Below are positions 30,462 through 41,600 of a DNA stretch of 64,000 nt, one piece after another. The stretch's first letter is position 1; each line of letters opens with the position of its first letter. The notes under the pieces are model-generated. The model ran no database searches, was not told the DNA's origin, and was given only the letters and a program-made list of their open reading frames with translations. Location: positions 1 through 64,000 of the forward strand of contig CAWDKY010000015.1 of NCBI GenBank assembly GCA_963802945.1, in the 5' to 3' direction. Source of the DNA: an uncultured delta proteobacterium. GTDB lineage: Bacteria; Desulfobacterota; RBG-13-43-22. Both the position numbers and the translations under genes were made by a program.

Positions 30462-30925
30462 TGATGGAAAAGAATACCTTGAAATCAATTAAAATACGGA
30501 AGTTGATGGCCAAGGACATTTCCCAGATTGTCGGGATTCAGGAGGCCATTACCAAAGTCAAAATCAGTCCGAAGAAAAAGACCGTCCTGCGGAAACACAT
30601 CCAGAAAAATGGAAGTGTTGGTCTGGTGGCCTTGAAGGAAGGGAAGATCCTGGGATATGTGATCAGTGAAGTCATGACCGACAGCTTCGGCCTGGATCAA
30701 AGTGGATGGATTCAAAATTTGGGGGTTCACCCCAAGAGTATGGGACAGGGAATCGGCCAGACCCTGGCCTCCGCTCTTTTTGAGGCCTTCAAAAAAAAGA
30801 AAATATTCGAGATCTATACTGCGGTCCAATGGAATTCGGTGGACCTATTGTCCTTTTTTAAATCCATCGGTTTTGATCGCAGCAACTTTATCAATTTGTA
30901 CAAAAAATTGGATCAGAAAGAATAA
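30461..30925 (+). CDS. GNAT family N-acetyltransferase
   Basis: LGVHPKSMGQGIG acetyl-CoA motif, LLSFFKSIGF; start overlaps the DUF2080 stop. Confidence 0.85.
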   Translation: MMEKNTLKSIKIRKLMAKDISQIVGIQEAITKVKISPKKKTVLRKHIQKNGSVGLVALKEGKILGYVISEVMTDSFGLDQSGWIQNLGVHPKSMGQGIGQTLASALFEAFKKKKIFEIYTAVQWNSVDLLSFFKSIGFDRSNFINLYKKLDQKE

Positions 30926-31130
30926 TTTTTGATTCAGTATTAAAGGCTTACCAGCTCCTGAACTCATGGCATAGATTTCAACAGAAAAACAACTCCAGTA
31001 ATGTAAACCATTTCAACCTTCACCCGATAGATAAAGACCGTCTTGAGTTGAATGTCCACAACCCATCCCATGGATAATCAAAAAATTCACCACGGATTCG
31101 ATCCTACTGTCAGTAAGATGGGGTGATACC

Positions 31131-32552
31131 ATGGAAAAGGCGTACCCGAATGAAACTGAAAGCGTGTGTCCCGTTTGCCTCAAAAGAATAAAAGCGACAC
31201 GGATACTTCAGGGCGACGAAGTCTTTCTGGTCAAAGAGTGCAGGAATCATGGTTCCTTCAGGACCGTCATATGGCGCGGGGAGCCGTCCATGTCCGAATG
31301 GCGGAGACCGAAGCCTCCTGTCCATCCGGAGCTTTGCTACAAGGCTGTTGAAAAGGGTTGCCCTTTTGACTGCGGCCTCTGTGAAGCCCACGAACAGCTT
31401 TCCTGTTCGGTCTTGATCGAGGTGACGGACCGCTGCAACCTCCATTGCGCCGTCTGTTTTGCCGATTCAGGCCGAGGGGAGGCCAAGGATCCATCGTTGG
31501 AGAAAATCTCTCTGCTGCTGGAACGGGCCATGGCCGCGGCAGGTCCTTGCAACCTCCAACTGTCAGGAGGTGAACCCACCTTGCGGGATGATCTTCCTGA
31601 GGTCGTCGAATTTGCGCGCCGGATCGGCTATTCCTTCATCCAGGTCAATACGAACGGTCTCCGCCTTGCCTCGGACAAAGAGTTCGTAAGACGACTCCGT
31701 ACTGCAGGTCTTTCATCGGTCTTTCTTCAGTTCGACGGTCTTGATGATGCGATCTATCGCTCTCTGAGGGGAAGGGCGCTCCTGGACAAAAAGCTTATGT
31801 CCGTCAGGAATTGCGAGGAGGCAGGTCTCGGCGTCGTCCTCGTCCCTACTCTGGTGAGAGGGGTGAACACCGGCTCCATCGGGGCCATAGTACAACAGGC
31901 CCTGCAACTAGCCCCCACCGTGCGAGGCGTCCATTTCCAACCGGTCAGCTATTTTGGCCGCTTTCCGGGGCAGAGCGGTGATGAAGGCCGCTTTACCCTC
32001 CCTGAGCTGATGAGATGTCTCGAGGAACAGACAGGAGGGCTGGTCAAGGTGAGCGACTTTTCCCCTCCAGGCTGCGAACACGCCCATTGTTCCACTCATG
32101 CCACCTACCTGCACTCGGTCGAAGGCGAGCTGAGACGGATAGGAGCGGCGGCGGATAGCTGCTGTTCGACGGACACCGACACAGGGGGAGTCAGGAAGAC
32201 CGTGGAGACCGTGTCGCGCCGTTGGACACTGCCTTCTTCCGCAACACCGATCTTAGGTAGCCTCCCGATGTCTAAGGGAACCTCTTGCTGCAGCGGGAGC
32301 AGCCCGGAAGCGGCCAGGGTCGAAGTGCCTCTTGACCTGGATGACTTTCTCCGGGAGGCTGCCGTCCGGACCTTCACCCTGTCCGCCATGGCCTTTCAGG
32401 ATGCGGACAACCTCGACCTGGAGCGGCTCAAAGGCTGCTGCATATCGGTCATATCCCCAGACGGCAGGCTTGTCCCGTTTTGTGCCTACAACCTCACCAG
32501 CAGGGAAGGAAAAAGCCTCTACCGCCGACGGAACGGATCAGGGTCGCAATGA
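31131..32552 (+). CDS. Radical SAM protein, TrsS-like (Cys variant)
   Basis: TESVCPVC, CPFDCGLC..H, CNLHCAVC, LSGGEPT, C-terminal RLKGCCISV...PFCAYN. Confidence 0.8.
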   Translation: MEKAYPNETESVCPVCLKRIKATRILQGDEVFLVKECRNHGSFRTVIWRGEPSMSEWRRPKPPVHPELCYKAVEKGCPFDCGLCEAHEQLSCSVLIEVTDRCNLHCAVCFADSGRGEAKDPSLEKISLLLERAMAAAGPCNLQLSGGEPTLRDDLPEVVEFARRIGYSFIQVNTNGLRLASDKEFVRRLRTAGLSSVFLQFDGLDDAIYRSLRGRALLDKKLMSVRNCEEAGLGVVLVPTLVRGVNTGSIGAIVQQALQLAPTVRGVHFQPVSYFGRFPGQSGDEGRFTLPELMRCLEEQTGGLVKVSDFSPPGCEHAHCSTHATYLHSVEGELRRIGAAADSCCSTDTDTGGVRKTVETVSRRWTLPSSATPILGSLPMSKGTSCCSGSSPEAARVEVPLDLDDFLREAAVRTFTLSAMAFQDADNLDLERLKGCCISVISPDGRLVPFCAYNLTSREGKSLYRRRNGSGSQ

Positions 32553-33898
32553 TCGGCATCACTCCCCTTGAGGCCTGGATCAGAGAAAAAGCACACCTCG
32601 GCCGCGATCTGACGGGCAGACCCTTTATGGAGGCGCTTAAAAACTACCAGCTCCAGAGGGTAAATGAGGTCATCGATTACGCCCGTCACAACAGCCATTT
32701 CTACCGTCGCCATTTGGCATCCCTGCCGTCTCCCCCTCTATCCGCTCTTTCCGACATTGTCCGGATTCCATTTACCTCCCCGTCAGATATTAGCGATGCC
32801 CCCTTTAGTTTTTTGGCAGTCCGCCAGGACGACATAGCGAGAATCGTTACCCTCCGCACATCGGGAAGCACGGGTGAGGCCAAGCGGCTCTTTTTCACCG
32901 AAGGGGATCTGGAGCTGACCATGGACTTTTATCATCACGGTATGTCTACCCTTGTAAAACCAGGCCAAAGAGTGGCGATTTTATTTCCCGGTGAGATACC
33001 GTACAGTATAGGGGACTTGCTCCTTCGAGGCCTTCAAAGGATGGACGTCCAGGCCTTAGTGTACGGCCTTGTCACGAATCCCCTCCACGCCGCTGAAGCT
33101 GTCGCCTCTTTCGGCGCCCATTGTATCGTCGGCATTCCCACGCAGGTCCTTTCAGTGGCTTGTTCACCCACAGGGGCTGCAATCGGAAAAGGCAGCCTAG
33201 AGAGTGTCCTGTTAAGTGCAGACTACGTTCCGCGGGCGCTCGCGGAGACCCTGAATGAGGTCTGGGGCTGCCGGGTGTTCACCCACTACGCCATGACCGA
33301 GATGGGCCACGGGGGGGGGATCGAGTGCGAGGCATTGGATGGGTATCACCTCAGGGAGGCTGATCTCTATTTCGAGGTGGTCAACCATGAGACAGGAGAG
33401 GCGTGTCCTGATGGTGAATTAGGCGAAGTAGTATTTACGACCCTTACGAGGCAAGGCATGCCCCTTATCCGATACAGGACCGGCGACATCGCCCGCATGA
33501 TTACCCGGCCCTGCCCCTGCGGCAGCAATCTGAGGCGGATGGATTATGTCAGAGGCAGGTGGAACGGTTTTGTTGGCCTGGATACTGACTGCATCCTTAC
33601 CGTATACGAATTGGATGAGACCCTGTTCCGGCTTCCCGGTCTGCTTGACTACCGGGCCACGGTCTCAAAAGGGAGAAACGGAAGGTTCCGGCTGCACATT
33701 GATATGCACAGTGCGGAAGAGGACAGTCCAACAGACGGTGAAGTCCTTCAATGCCTCAACAAGATTGAGGCGATACGAAAAGCCATTGTCAAAGGAAATC
33801 TGGAGATACCCACGGTGCGTTTCTCAGCAGAGGGGCTCTGGACCCCGACCAGCGCGTTAAAGAGAAAGATCGTCACCATGAATGATCCGCTCGCCTGA
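32549..33898 (+). CDS. PaaK-like (DVU_1553-type) AMP-dependent CoA ligase
   Basis: TSGSTGEAKR, HYAMTEMG, GEVVFTTL...MPLIRYRTGD, CPCG; ATGA overlap with the radical SAM gene. Confidence 0.8.
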   Translation: MIGITPLEAWIREKAHLGRDLTGRPFMEALKNYQLQRVNEVIDYARHNSHFYRRHLASLPSPPLSALSDIVRIPFTSPSDISDAPFSFLAVRQDDIARIVTLRTSGSTGEAKRLFFTEGDLELTMDFYHHGMSTLVKPGQRVAILFPGEIPYSIGDLLLRGLQRMDVQALVYGLVTNPLHAAEAVASFGAHCIVGIPTQVLSVACSPTGAAIGKGSLESVLLSADYVPRALAETLNEVWGCRVFTHYAMTEMGHGGGIECEALDGYHLREADLYFEVVNHETGEACPDGELGEVVFTTLTRQGMPLIRYRTGDIARMITRPCPCGSNLRRMDYVRGRWNGFVGLDTDCILTVYELDETLFRLPGLLDYRATVSKGRNGRFRLHIDMHSAEEDSPTDGEVLQCLNKIEAIRKAIVKGNLEIPTVRFSAEGLWTPTSALKRKIVTMNDPLA

Positions 33899-33981
33899 CA
33901 GGGCAGCAGACAGCGTGCCGGATTAATTGCCTCGCCTTATTTATACCAGAGAAGGGAGCTGACCCTGAGGGGATTTTTTTC

Positions 33982-34018
33982 TTGACACGATAGTCATATT
34001 ATAGCTATTATATAACCA
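33982..34018 (+). promoter_or_regulatory. bamB promoter with three 11-bp-spaced ATAGCTA-like boxes
   Basis: TTGACA (33982-33987), TATTAT (34006-34011); boxes ATAGTCA 33990, ATAGCTA 34001, ATAACCA 34012. Confidence 0.6.
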
Positions 34019-34316
34019 TCATACTCTGGACGCCTGACTGAAGATTTGACAGCAGCCCGAAGGGTCAAAGTACGATGCTCGATTGTAGCCCAAAGAGGCC
34101 CTCGCCCCTGTCATGGGAGATTCAATATTTCACGTTCCTGAGAGGAATTTTTTGATTCGGTATTAAACTCCCATGGCTTAAGGGCCACACTCGAAGAATG
34201 AAAATGGGATTCAAGGGCATCTTCATCCTACAGGAAAAAGACTAGTTGATCTAACTATCGAAACTTGACATTCATTAATTCTTTCCTCGGGTTCAAGCAA
34301 TAAAGAGGATTTAAAA

Positions 34317-36350
34317 ATGAGATATGCAGAGACAGGGTATAATTTAGAAATTGATCTATCCCGAGGAAGCATTGAGAGAGTAGAAACCGACCCAAGATTA
34401 ACCGAACTTCATCTTGGTGGTTTGGGTACTAACACCAAACTTTTATGGGATAGGGTTCCCTCTGAGGTCAAACCATTTGATCCTGAGAATCTGCTGATAT
34501 TCAGCACTGGTCTTTTATGCGGTACACCTGCACCTGGTGCTAATCGTACCATTGTTTCCACCTATTCTCCTCAGACTTTGTTAATGGCCTATTCCATGAT
34601 GGGGGGATTTTGGGGACCGGAATTGAAGTATGCTGGCTATGACAAAGTGATCCTTCGCGGCAAGGCACCCAATCTGATTTATTTGTGGATAAACAATGAC
34701 CAAATAGAAATTCGTGATGCCTCTCATCTGAAGGGTAAGGGCGCAGTTGAAACTGCGGAACTTATTCGACAGGAGTTGAAGGAGCCGAAGGCCCAGGTGG
34801 CGGCTATCGGCCTGGCCGGTGAAAACAGAGTCTATATGGCTTCGATCGAGCAGGGCAGGTCCAGTGCCAGCCGACTGGGAATAGGCGCCGTTATGGGAGC
34901 AAAAGGGATAAAGGCGATCGCGGTTCGTGGAACCAAGGATATCCATATTGCCCGACCGGCTGAATTCATGGAGCTTTGCAACCAAGTGCTGAAATATATC
35001 AAAGCCCGAGAAGAAAAGCCGGTTCCGGGGGTAATGCCCATCCTAGCCGGCCTTGGGTCACCGCAAGAGATGAAGCTCATCGATGAAGAGTGGCACACCC
35101 AGAATTTCATGTGGGGAAATTCCCGCCATCGGAAAAAAAATTTTTGGAACAAGGAAATCGAAGAAAAGTGGAGGGGAACTCAAGAAAGTGTGCGGAAGCG
35201 GTTGATCAGCTGCTTTAACTGTCCGATGAAATGCGGGGCAATCATTTCCGCCCCGGGAATTTCGACCTACATGATGAAATGCTTCTCGAAACTGACCTAT
35301 ACTATGGCGGCCTATTCAGACTTGGATTTTGGTTTTAAAATCGCTCAACGGGCGACCGAATATGGGGTGGACGGATTCTCAACCCCGCAAGTTATGGCCT
35401 TCGCCCTTGAGCTTTATGAAGCCGGCATTTTGACTGATCAGGAAATGGCGGGAATGCCGTCCGATAACGAGGGGAGATTTTACTGGTTACTGGACAGAAT
35501 TGTTCGGCGGGAAGGGATAGGAGATGTATTGGCCGACGGCACTTATTGGGCAGCCCAACAGATCGGCAAGGGAGCAGAAGCCTATGCTCATAATAACATT
35601 AAGAAACATGAGCAGCTGCCTCTCAAGCTTGGAATGCTGAATCCCGTTTATTTCCTTATGTATGCGACCGGCGAAAAAATAAACATCACTCAAATTGAAG
35701 GGCAGTTCCCCCAGTCGCCCTTTCCTACGAAAGAGGAGAGAGAGGACTTTGTCAAGGATTGGACCCAGGTTCCTGATGAAAAGTTCAAGCAATATTTGCT
35801 GGACTGGGAACCACGCGGAGAACGCTCAAATCCCTATTACCCGACTGTTCAAATGTCCTGCGAAATTGTCGACTGGCAGGAGACGATGCACTACATTGAT
35901 GATGCCCTCGGAATTTGCGCCGGTTTGTCGTCATTTCCCCTGAAGCCTCCCTATCATATACACAATTATCCGGCTTTAATCTCAACAGCAACCGGGATTG
36001 ATATGGATGAAGCCGGACTATGGCAAGCAGCCAAGAGGAACCGAACTTTACTTAGGGCCGTTAATGTAAGAAGAGGCATGAGGAGAACTGATGAGAAGCC
36101 GCCCGAGGACCATTGGAAAAAAAGATTTCCCGAGCTTGAAAAGGAGCTCTTGGATTCGTATTACAAATTTAAGGGGTGGAATAATCAAGGTATTCCCACC
36201 AAGGAGACGTTGGACAAACTGGGCTTGGATTACGTGAGTGAAGACTTCTTGCAGAGGGGGATCTTGACCGATCATGAAGGTGATCCTTCTAAAGAGACTC
36301 TAGTAGAAAAAAGGAGAAATAGAGTGGAGGGTGTTAACCGTGCAGGGTGA
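34317..36350 (+). CDS. bamB: Class II benzoyl-CoA reductase tungsten subunit (AOR family)
   Basis: N-terminus MRYAETGYNLEIDLSRGSIERVETDP...LGGLGTN..WDRVP...SMMGGFW.PELKYAGYD...ASIEQGRSSASR closely follows Geobacter BamB as I recall it. Confidence 0.88.
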   Translation: MRYAETGYNLEIDLSRGSIERVETDPRLTELHLGGLGTNTKLLWDRVPSEVKPFDPENLLIFSTGLLCGTPAPGANRTIVSTYSPQTLLMAYSMMGGFWGPELKYAGYDKVILRGKAPNLIYLWINNDQIEIRDASHLKGKGAVETAELIRQELKEPKAQVAAIGLAGENRVYMASIEQGRSSASRLGIGAVMGAKGIKAIAVRGTKDIHIARPAEFMELCNQVLKYIKAREEKPVPGVMPILAGLGSPQEMKLIDEEWHTQNFMWGNSRHRKKNFWNKEIEEKWRGTQESVRKRLISCFNCPMKCGAIISAPGISTYMMKCFSKLTYTMAAYSDLDFGFKIAQRATEYGVDGFSTPQVMAFALELYEAGILTDQEMAGMPSDNEGRFYWLLDRIVRREGIGDVLADGTYWAAQQIGKGAEAYAHNNIKKHEQLPLKLGMLNPVYFLMYATGEKINITQIEGQFPQSPFPTKEEREDFVKDWTQVPDEKFKQYLLDWEPRGERSNPYYPTVQMSCEIVDWQETMHYIDDALGICAGLSSFPLKPPYHIHNYPALISTATGIDMDEAGLWQAAKRNRTLLRAVNVRRGMRRTDEKPPEDHWKKRFPELEKELLDSYYKFKGWNNQGIPTKETLDKLGLDYVSEDFLQRGILTDHEGDPSKETLVEKRRNRVEGVNRAG

Positions 36351-36906
36351 GAAAAAAAAGAAAATAATTAAAACCATAAAAGTTGATGTTGACAAATGCA
36401 ATGGTTGCCGGACGTGCGAGATGATCTGCTCCGCCTTTCACGCTACGCAAAAGTATAGCAGCAATAATCCAGCCAGGTCTCGCATCCGGGTGAATCATGA
36501 TCCGCTAAAAGACATATACGTTCCTGTACATGCGGGTGAGTATGCCGCAGCCGAATGTATGGGCAGAGACCAATATGTGATTGACGGAAAGGCCTACGAG
36601 GAGTGCGCCTTTTGCAGGGCTTCCTGCCCATCCAGAGATGTTTTCAAAGAACCCGATTCCGGTCTTCCTCTCAAATGCGATATGTGTGAAGATGATCCGC
36701 CGCAAGAAAAGCCCTTGTGTGTTCAGTGGTGCATTAATGATGCCCTGACTTACGAAGAAAGGGAAGAGGAAATTAAAGAAGAAGAGAAGCAGGAGGATCT
36801 GGAGTTAGGATTGGAATCCTTGGCAAACACTTATGGATTAGACAAGATAATGGATACCTTAGTCCGAATGTCACTCTCAAAGAAGGGCTTAACTAAAGAT
36901 ATTTAA
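36331..36906 (+). CDS. bamC: Class II benzoyl-CoA reductase Fe-S subunit
   Basis: DKCNGCRTCEMICSAFHA..KYSS.NPARSRI, ECAFCRASCPSR, KCDMC; directly follows bamB. Confidence 0.82.
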   Translation: MLTVQGEKKKKIIKTIKVDVDKCNGCRTCEMICSAFHATQKYSSNNPARSRIRVNHDPLKDIYVPVHAGEYAAAECMGRDQYVIDGKAYEECAFCRASCPSRDVFKEPDSGLPLKCDMCEDDPPQEKPLCVQWCINDALTYEEREEEIKEEEKQEDLELGLESLANTYGLDKIMDTLVRMSLSKKGLTKDI

Positions 36907-37031
36907 AATTAGGTTTTTTAAACTCGATCCTTCAAAATTTGAGACGGACTCAATATATTAAAAAGATGCTGGATGCTGGATACTGGATTAATTATGATAA
37001 ATTCGTTAAAAGTTGACGAAAGCCCATTTTC

Positions 37032-37108
37032 GTCATTCCGACGAAAGTCGGAATCCAGGAATTTTACCTACTTAAAAAAGTCTGGACCCCGGTTTTCACC
37101 GGGGTGAC
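37032..37108. repeat. Palindromic GTCATTCC...GGAATCCAG repeat (REP/RPE-like)
   Basis: GTCATTCCGACGAAAGTCGGAATCCAG...CTGGACCCCGGTTTTCACCGGGGTGAC; related copies at 38461 and 41738. Confidence 0.75.
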
Positions 37109-37259
37109 TACTTTTTACCAAGTCGTCAATCATAACCAAATCCTGTATTGTTTTTATCCAGAATCCATAAACCAGTATCCAGTATAACCCCCTTTGAAGC
37201 GATTGATCCCGGGTTTTTAAAAACTTAGATATAAATTCTCAGAATTAGAAAGAAAGACC

Positions 37260-38411
37260 GTGGAGACTGTAGTTCCCTATAAAGAAATCATTGATACCAT
37301 CAAAGCGAACGGAGGAGATGCCTTCAAATTATGCTATCAATGCGGATTATGCGATACGGTTTGTCCCTGGAACAGGGTTAGAACCTTTAGTATGCGCAAG
37401 ATAGTCCGAGAGGCGACCTTCGGTTTAACGGAGATAGAAAGTGAAGACCTATGGCGTTGTACGACCTGCGGAAGATGCCCCCAGCTGTGCCCCAGGGAGG
37501 TAAAACAAATAGAATCCGGGGTATCCTTGCGCCGGATTGCTACCGAGTATGGGGTTTTTCCTCATTCTGTCCGTCCTGTCCGCATCGTGAGTGCAAGCCT
37601 CCTTGGCGAAGGTAATCCCTTTGGTGAAGAGCGAAAAAATAGGGCAAATTGGGCAGAAGGTCTTTCGGTAAAACCGTTCACCGAGGGGATGGAAATTTTG
37701 TATTTCCCCGGCTGCTATTTAAGCTATGACCCAAGATTAAAAAAGGTAGCCAAAGCCACAGCCAACATCCTCAACCTGGCCGGGATTAATTTCGGGATAC
37801 TGGGCGAAAAGGAAAATTGCTGTGGAGAAAGCATCCGCAAGACAGGCGATGAGGAATTATTCAAACGCTTAGCCAGGGAAAACATCAAAACCTTTATCGA
37901 TCATGGGGTGAAGAAGATCCTGGTTTCTTCCCCTCATTGCTACCATACCTTCAAAAACGAGTATCCGGAATTTAGGGTGAACTTTGAAGTGGTTCATATC
38001 TCCCAATATTTATTCGAGCTTATGAATGAGGGAAGGCTTGCGCTCACCAAGGAGTATGGAAAAAAAGTGACTTATCATGACCCATGTTACCTGGGCCGAC
38101 ATAACGGCCTATATGACGAGCCCCGAGAGGTCTTAAAGAAGATACCCGGTTTAGAACTGAATGAGATGCCTGATTCGCGCCAAGAGAGTCTCTGTTGCGG
38201 AGGAGGAGGAGGCAGAATCTGGATGGAAACTCCGAAGGGTGAAAGATTCTCCGACCTCAGATTAGAACAAGCTATCGGGGTCGGGGCCGAGGTGCTGGTT
38301 ACTGCCTGCCCCTATTGCATCGCCAATTTTGAGGATAGCCGGTTAACCCTGAATGTTACCGAAAAGATAGAGGTTAAAGACATCACCGAAATTATCCAGG
38401 AAGCAATTTAG
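37260..38411 (+). CDS. bamD: HdrBC/HdrD-like Fe-S oxidoreductase (BamD-like)
   Basis: CYQCGLCDTVCP, CTTCGRCPQLCP, two CCG domains (CCGE, YHDPCYLGR, CCGGGG, ACPYC). Confidence 0.78.
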   Translation: METVVPYKEIIDTIKANGGDAFKLCYQCGLCDTVCPWNRVRTFSMRKIVREATFGLTEIESEDLWRCTTCGRCPQLCPREVKQIESGVSLRRIATEYGVFPHSVRPVRIVSASLLGEGNPFGEERKNRANWAEGLSVKPFTEGMEILYFPGCYLSYDPRLKKVAKATANILNLAGINFGILGEKENCCGESIRKTGDEELFKRLARENIKTFIDHGVKKILVSSPHCYHTFKNEYPEFRVNFEVVHISQYLFELMNEGRLALTKEYGKKVTYHDPCYLGRHNGLYDEPREVLKKIPGLELNEMPDSRQESLCCGGGGGRIWMETPKGERFSDLRLEQAIGVGAEVLVTACPYCIANFEDSRLTLNVTEKIEVKDITEIIQEAI

Positions 38412-38460
38412 AGAACCAAAAACCTGATGATTCTATAAAAGTCAAGTTTCAGCTTTTTCT

Positions 38461-38552
38461 GTCATTCCCGTGAAAACGGGAATCCAGGGAATTCTACTGC
38501 TTCTGGACCCGGCGACCTGCCCGAGACTTGATCCGGGATTCGCCGGGGTGAC
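38461..38552. repeat. Palindromic repeat, copy 2
   Basis: GTCATTCCCGTGAAAACGGGAATCCAG...CTGGACCC...CCGGGGTGAC. Confidence 0.72.
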
Positions 38553-38603
38553 GGCCAGAGGGACTTTTTACGTATCCATCAAATCTAATAAAGGCGGATA
38601 AAA

Positions 38604-41600
38604 GTGGACAAAGAACAAATTGAACAGCTTTATAAAAAGTTGACGGGCAGTCAATTTTGGTGATGTTATGGTTGTCGGTGGAGGGATCAGCGGTATTCAA
38701 GCTGCGCTTGATCTTGGCACGGCGGGTTTTAAGGTTTACCTGGTCGACAAAGCGCCGTCCATTGGCGGCCATATGGCCCAGCTGGACAAGACCTTTCCCA
38801 CCAACGACTGCTCCATGTGAATACTGGCACCCAAACTGGTCGAGGTCGGCCGGCATCCCAACATAGAGGTCCTGACCTATACTGAAGTTGACCGTGTATC
38901 AGGGGAAGAAGGAAACTTCACGGTCAACCTGATTAAAAAGCCCCGATACATTATAGAGAGCAAGTGCAGGGGTTGTACTACCTGTGTAGAGTATTGTCCC
39001 GTCAAGTATCCTGATCCATTTAATCAGGAAATATCGAAGAATAAAGCCATACATGTCTATTTCGCTCAGGCCATTCCCTTGGTCACTTATATAGATGAAA
39101 ACTGCCTTAACCTTAAAGAAAAGAAATGTACTATTTGCACGGCAGTTTGTACGAATAAGGCCATAGATTTCAATCAAAGGCCGGAGAAGGTAGAAATCAA
39201 CGTAGGGGCGATCCTTCTGTCTTCCGGCCTTGAGCCGTTTGATCCTAATAAGAGACAGGAATATAGATACGGACAATTTGCAAATGTGGTAACCAGTATG
39301 GACTATGAACGGCTGTTATGCGCCACCGGGCCATACGAAGGTGAGATACTGCGTGCTTCCGACAAGAAGCATCCCCATAAAATAGCCTGGATTCAATGCG
39401 TCGGTTCCAGGCAGGTTACCCCGGGCAATAACAGCTATTGTTCAGCCGTGTGCTGTACCTATACCCAGAAACAGGTGATTTTGACCAAAGAACATGACGC
39501 AGAGGCTGAGTGTACCGTATTTCATAACGACATTCGTTCCTATGGCAAAGATTTCGAGCGATTCTACGAAAGGGCCGAGAAACTTCCGCGGTGTTCGATT
39601 TCTCAGAAGCTACGTATCCATCGCAAAAGAGAACCCGGAAACCAAGAATGTAACCATACGATATTCTACACCCAAAGATGGAGTTAAAGAGGAAGAATTT
39701 GATTTGGTGGTGTTATCCGTTGGATTGAATCCTCCTGCTGATGTGAAAGATCTGGCAAAGAAATTCGGCATCGAGCTCAACCATCACGGATTCTGTAAAA
39801 CTACTCCTGTCAATCCTATGGAGACCACCAGGCCTGGGGTCTTTGTAAGCGGGGCCTTCCAGGGTCCTATGGATATTCCCGAGTCGGTTTTCAGTGCCAG
39901 CGGAGCCGGCTCCCAATGCGGTGAACTCCTTTCCTTTCGGCGAGGAAAGCTTTCCAAAGAAAGAATCTATCCGCCGGAAAGGGATGTCTCCAAAGAGGAG
40001 CCAAGGATAGGAGTCTTTGTCTGTCATTGTGGGGCCAATATCGGAAGGATAGTCAATGTTCCTTCCCAAGTGGAATATGCCTTAACCTTACCCCACGTGG
40101 TCTATGCTCAGGAACAACTGTTTTCATGCGCCACTAATTCTGCCAAAGAAATAACAGATATGATCAAGGAAAAAGGGCTCAACCGCGTCATTGTCGCTGC
40201 CTGCTCCCCCAGGACCCTTGAGCCGTTATTCCGGGACACGCTTCGAGAGGCGGGTATTAATCAATATTACTACGAGATGGCGAATATTCGAGAACATTGT
40301 TCCTGGGTCCACCCCAGAGAAAAGGAAGAGGCCACCCAAAAGGCCAAGGATATAATCCGGATGTCGGCAGCCCGAGCTTGCCATTTGGAGCCCTTGCAGG
40401 AATTTGATCTGCCGGTCAACAAGGTGGCCTTAGTGGTCGGAGGAGGCCTGGCCGGCATGACTTGTGCTCTCTCCATAGCCAATCAGGGACATGAGGTTCA
40501 CCTGGTGGAAAAGGAGTCGGACCTGGGGGGAACGGCCAGAAGAATCCATTACACCCTGGAAGGGTTGAATGTTCAAGCCTATCTGCGCAATGTTATAAGC
40601 AAGGTTTATCAGCACCCTTCAATATATGTCTATGCTGATGCCGTCATCACAGAGGCTACCGGTTATGTAGGGAATTTCGTCACCAAGGTAAAATCAGACA
40701 GAGGAGTCACAGAAATAAAACATGGTGCAGCCGTCATCGCTATAGGTGCTGATGTATATAAAACCACCGAATACCTTTATGGAGAAGATGACCGGGTAAT
40801 GACCCACCTGGAGTTGGAGGAGAGAATCACCAAAAGAGAAGAAAGGGTAATCAAGGCTGAAAGTCTGGTAATGATCCAATGCGTAGGCTGTAGAAATGAG
40901 GACAGAAATTATTGCAGCCGGATATGCTGCAGTGAGTCCATCAAGAACGCTTTGAAACTAAAAGAGATAAATCCCACGATGGATATCTACATCCTCTTTA
41001 GGGATATGAGAACCTATGGATTCAAAGAGGATTATTACCGGGAGGCGGCAGAGAAAGACGTCAAGTTCATCCGTTATGAGCCGGAGGATAAACCACAGGT
41101 GGAGGCCGTTAAGGAGGGTGACCAAACCATTCTAAGGGTCACCTTGCCGGATTATATTTTAGGCAAAAAGCTGGCCATAGAGGCTGATATCATTGTTTTG
41201 GCTGCTGCTGTTATTCCCTCCGCAGCAACCAAAGAGGTAGCCGGATTATTCAAGGTACCTTTGAGTCCGGATATTTTTTTCAAAGAAGCTCATGCCAAAT
41301 TAAAACCTGTTGAGTTTGCTACGGATGGCGTTTACCTCTGTGGAATGGCTCATTATCCCAAGCTGATGTCGGAAACGATTAATCAGGCTTATGGAGCTGC
41401 AGGCCGGGTGTTAACCCTTCTCTTCCATGATACAATCACCGCTTCCGGATCAGTTTGCGAAGTGGATGAGAAAAAATGTATAGGGTGTGGGCAATGTATC
41501 TCGGCCTGTACCTATGGGGCCATAGAGTTTCGTGAGACCAGACAGGGTAAAAAGGCTTTAGTTAATCCTGTTATCTGTAAAGGAGACGGTCTCTGTAATA

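Noticed and set aside
32420-32450. Selenocysteine in the TrsS-like radical SAM protein
   Set aside because: The C-terminal GCC motif is encoded by TGC TGC, with no UGA.
34020-34150. Moco/tungsten-cofactor riboswitch or 6S RNA before bamB
   Set aside because: It lacks the conserved blocks I recall for either family; kept only as an unassigned structured leader.
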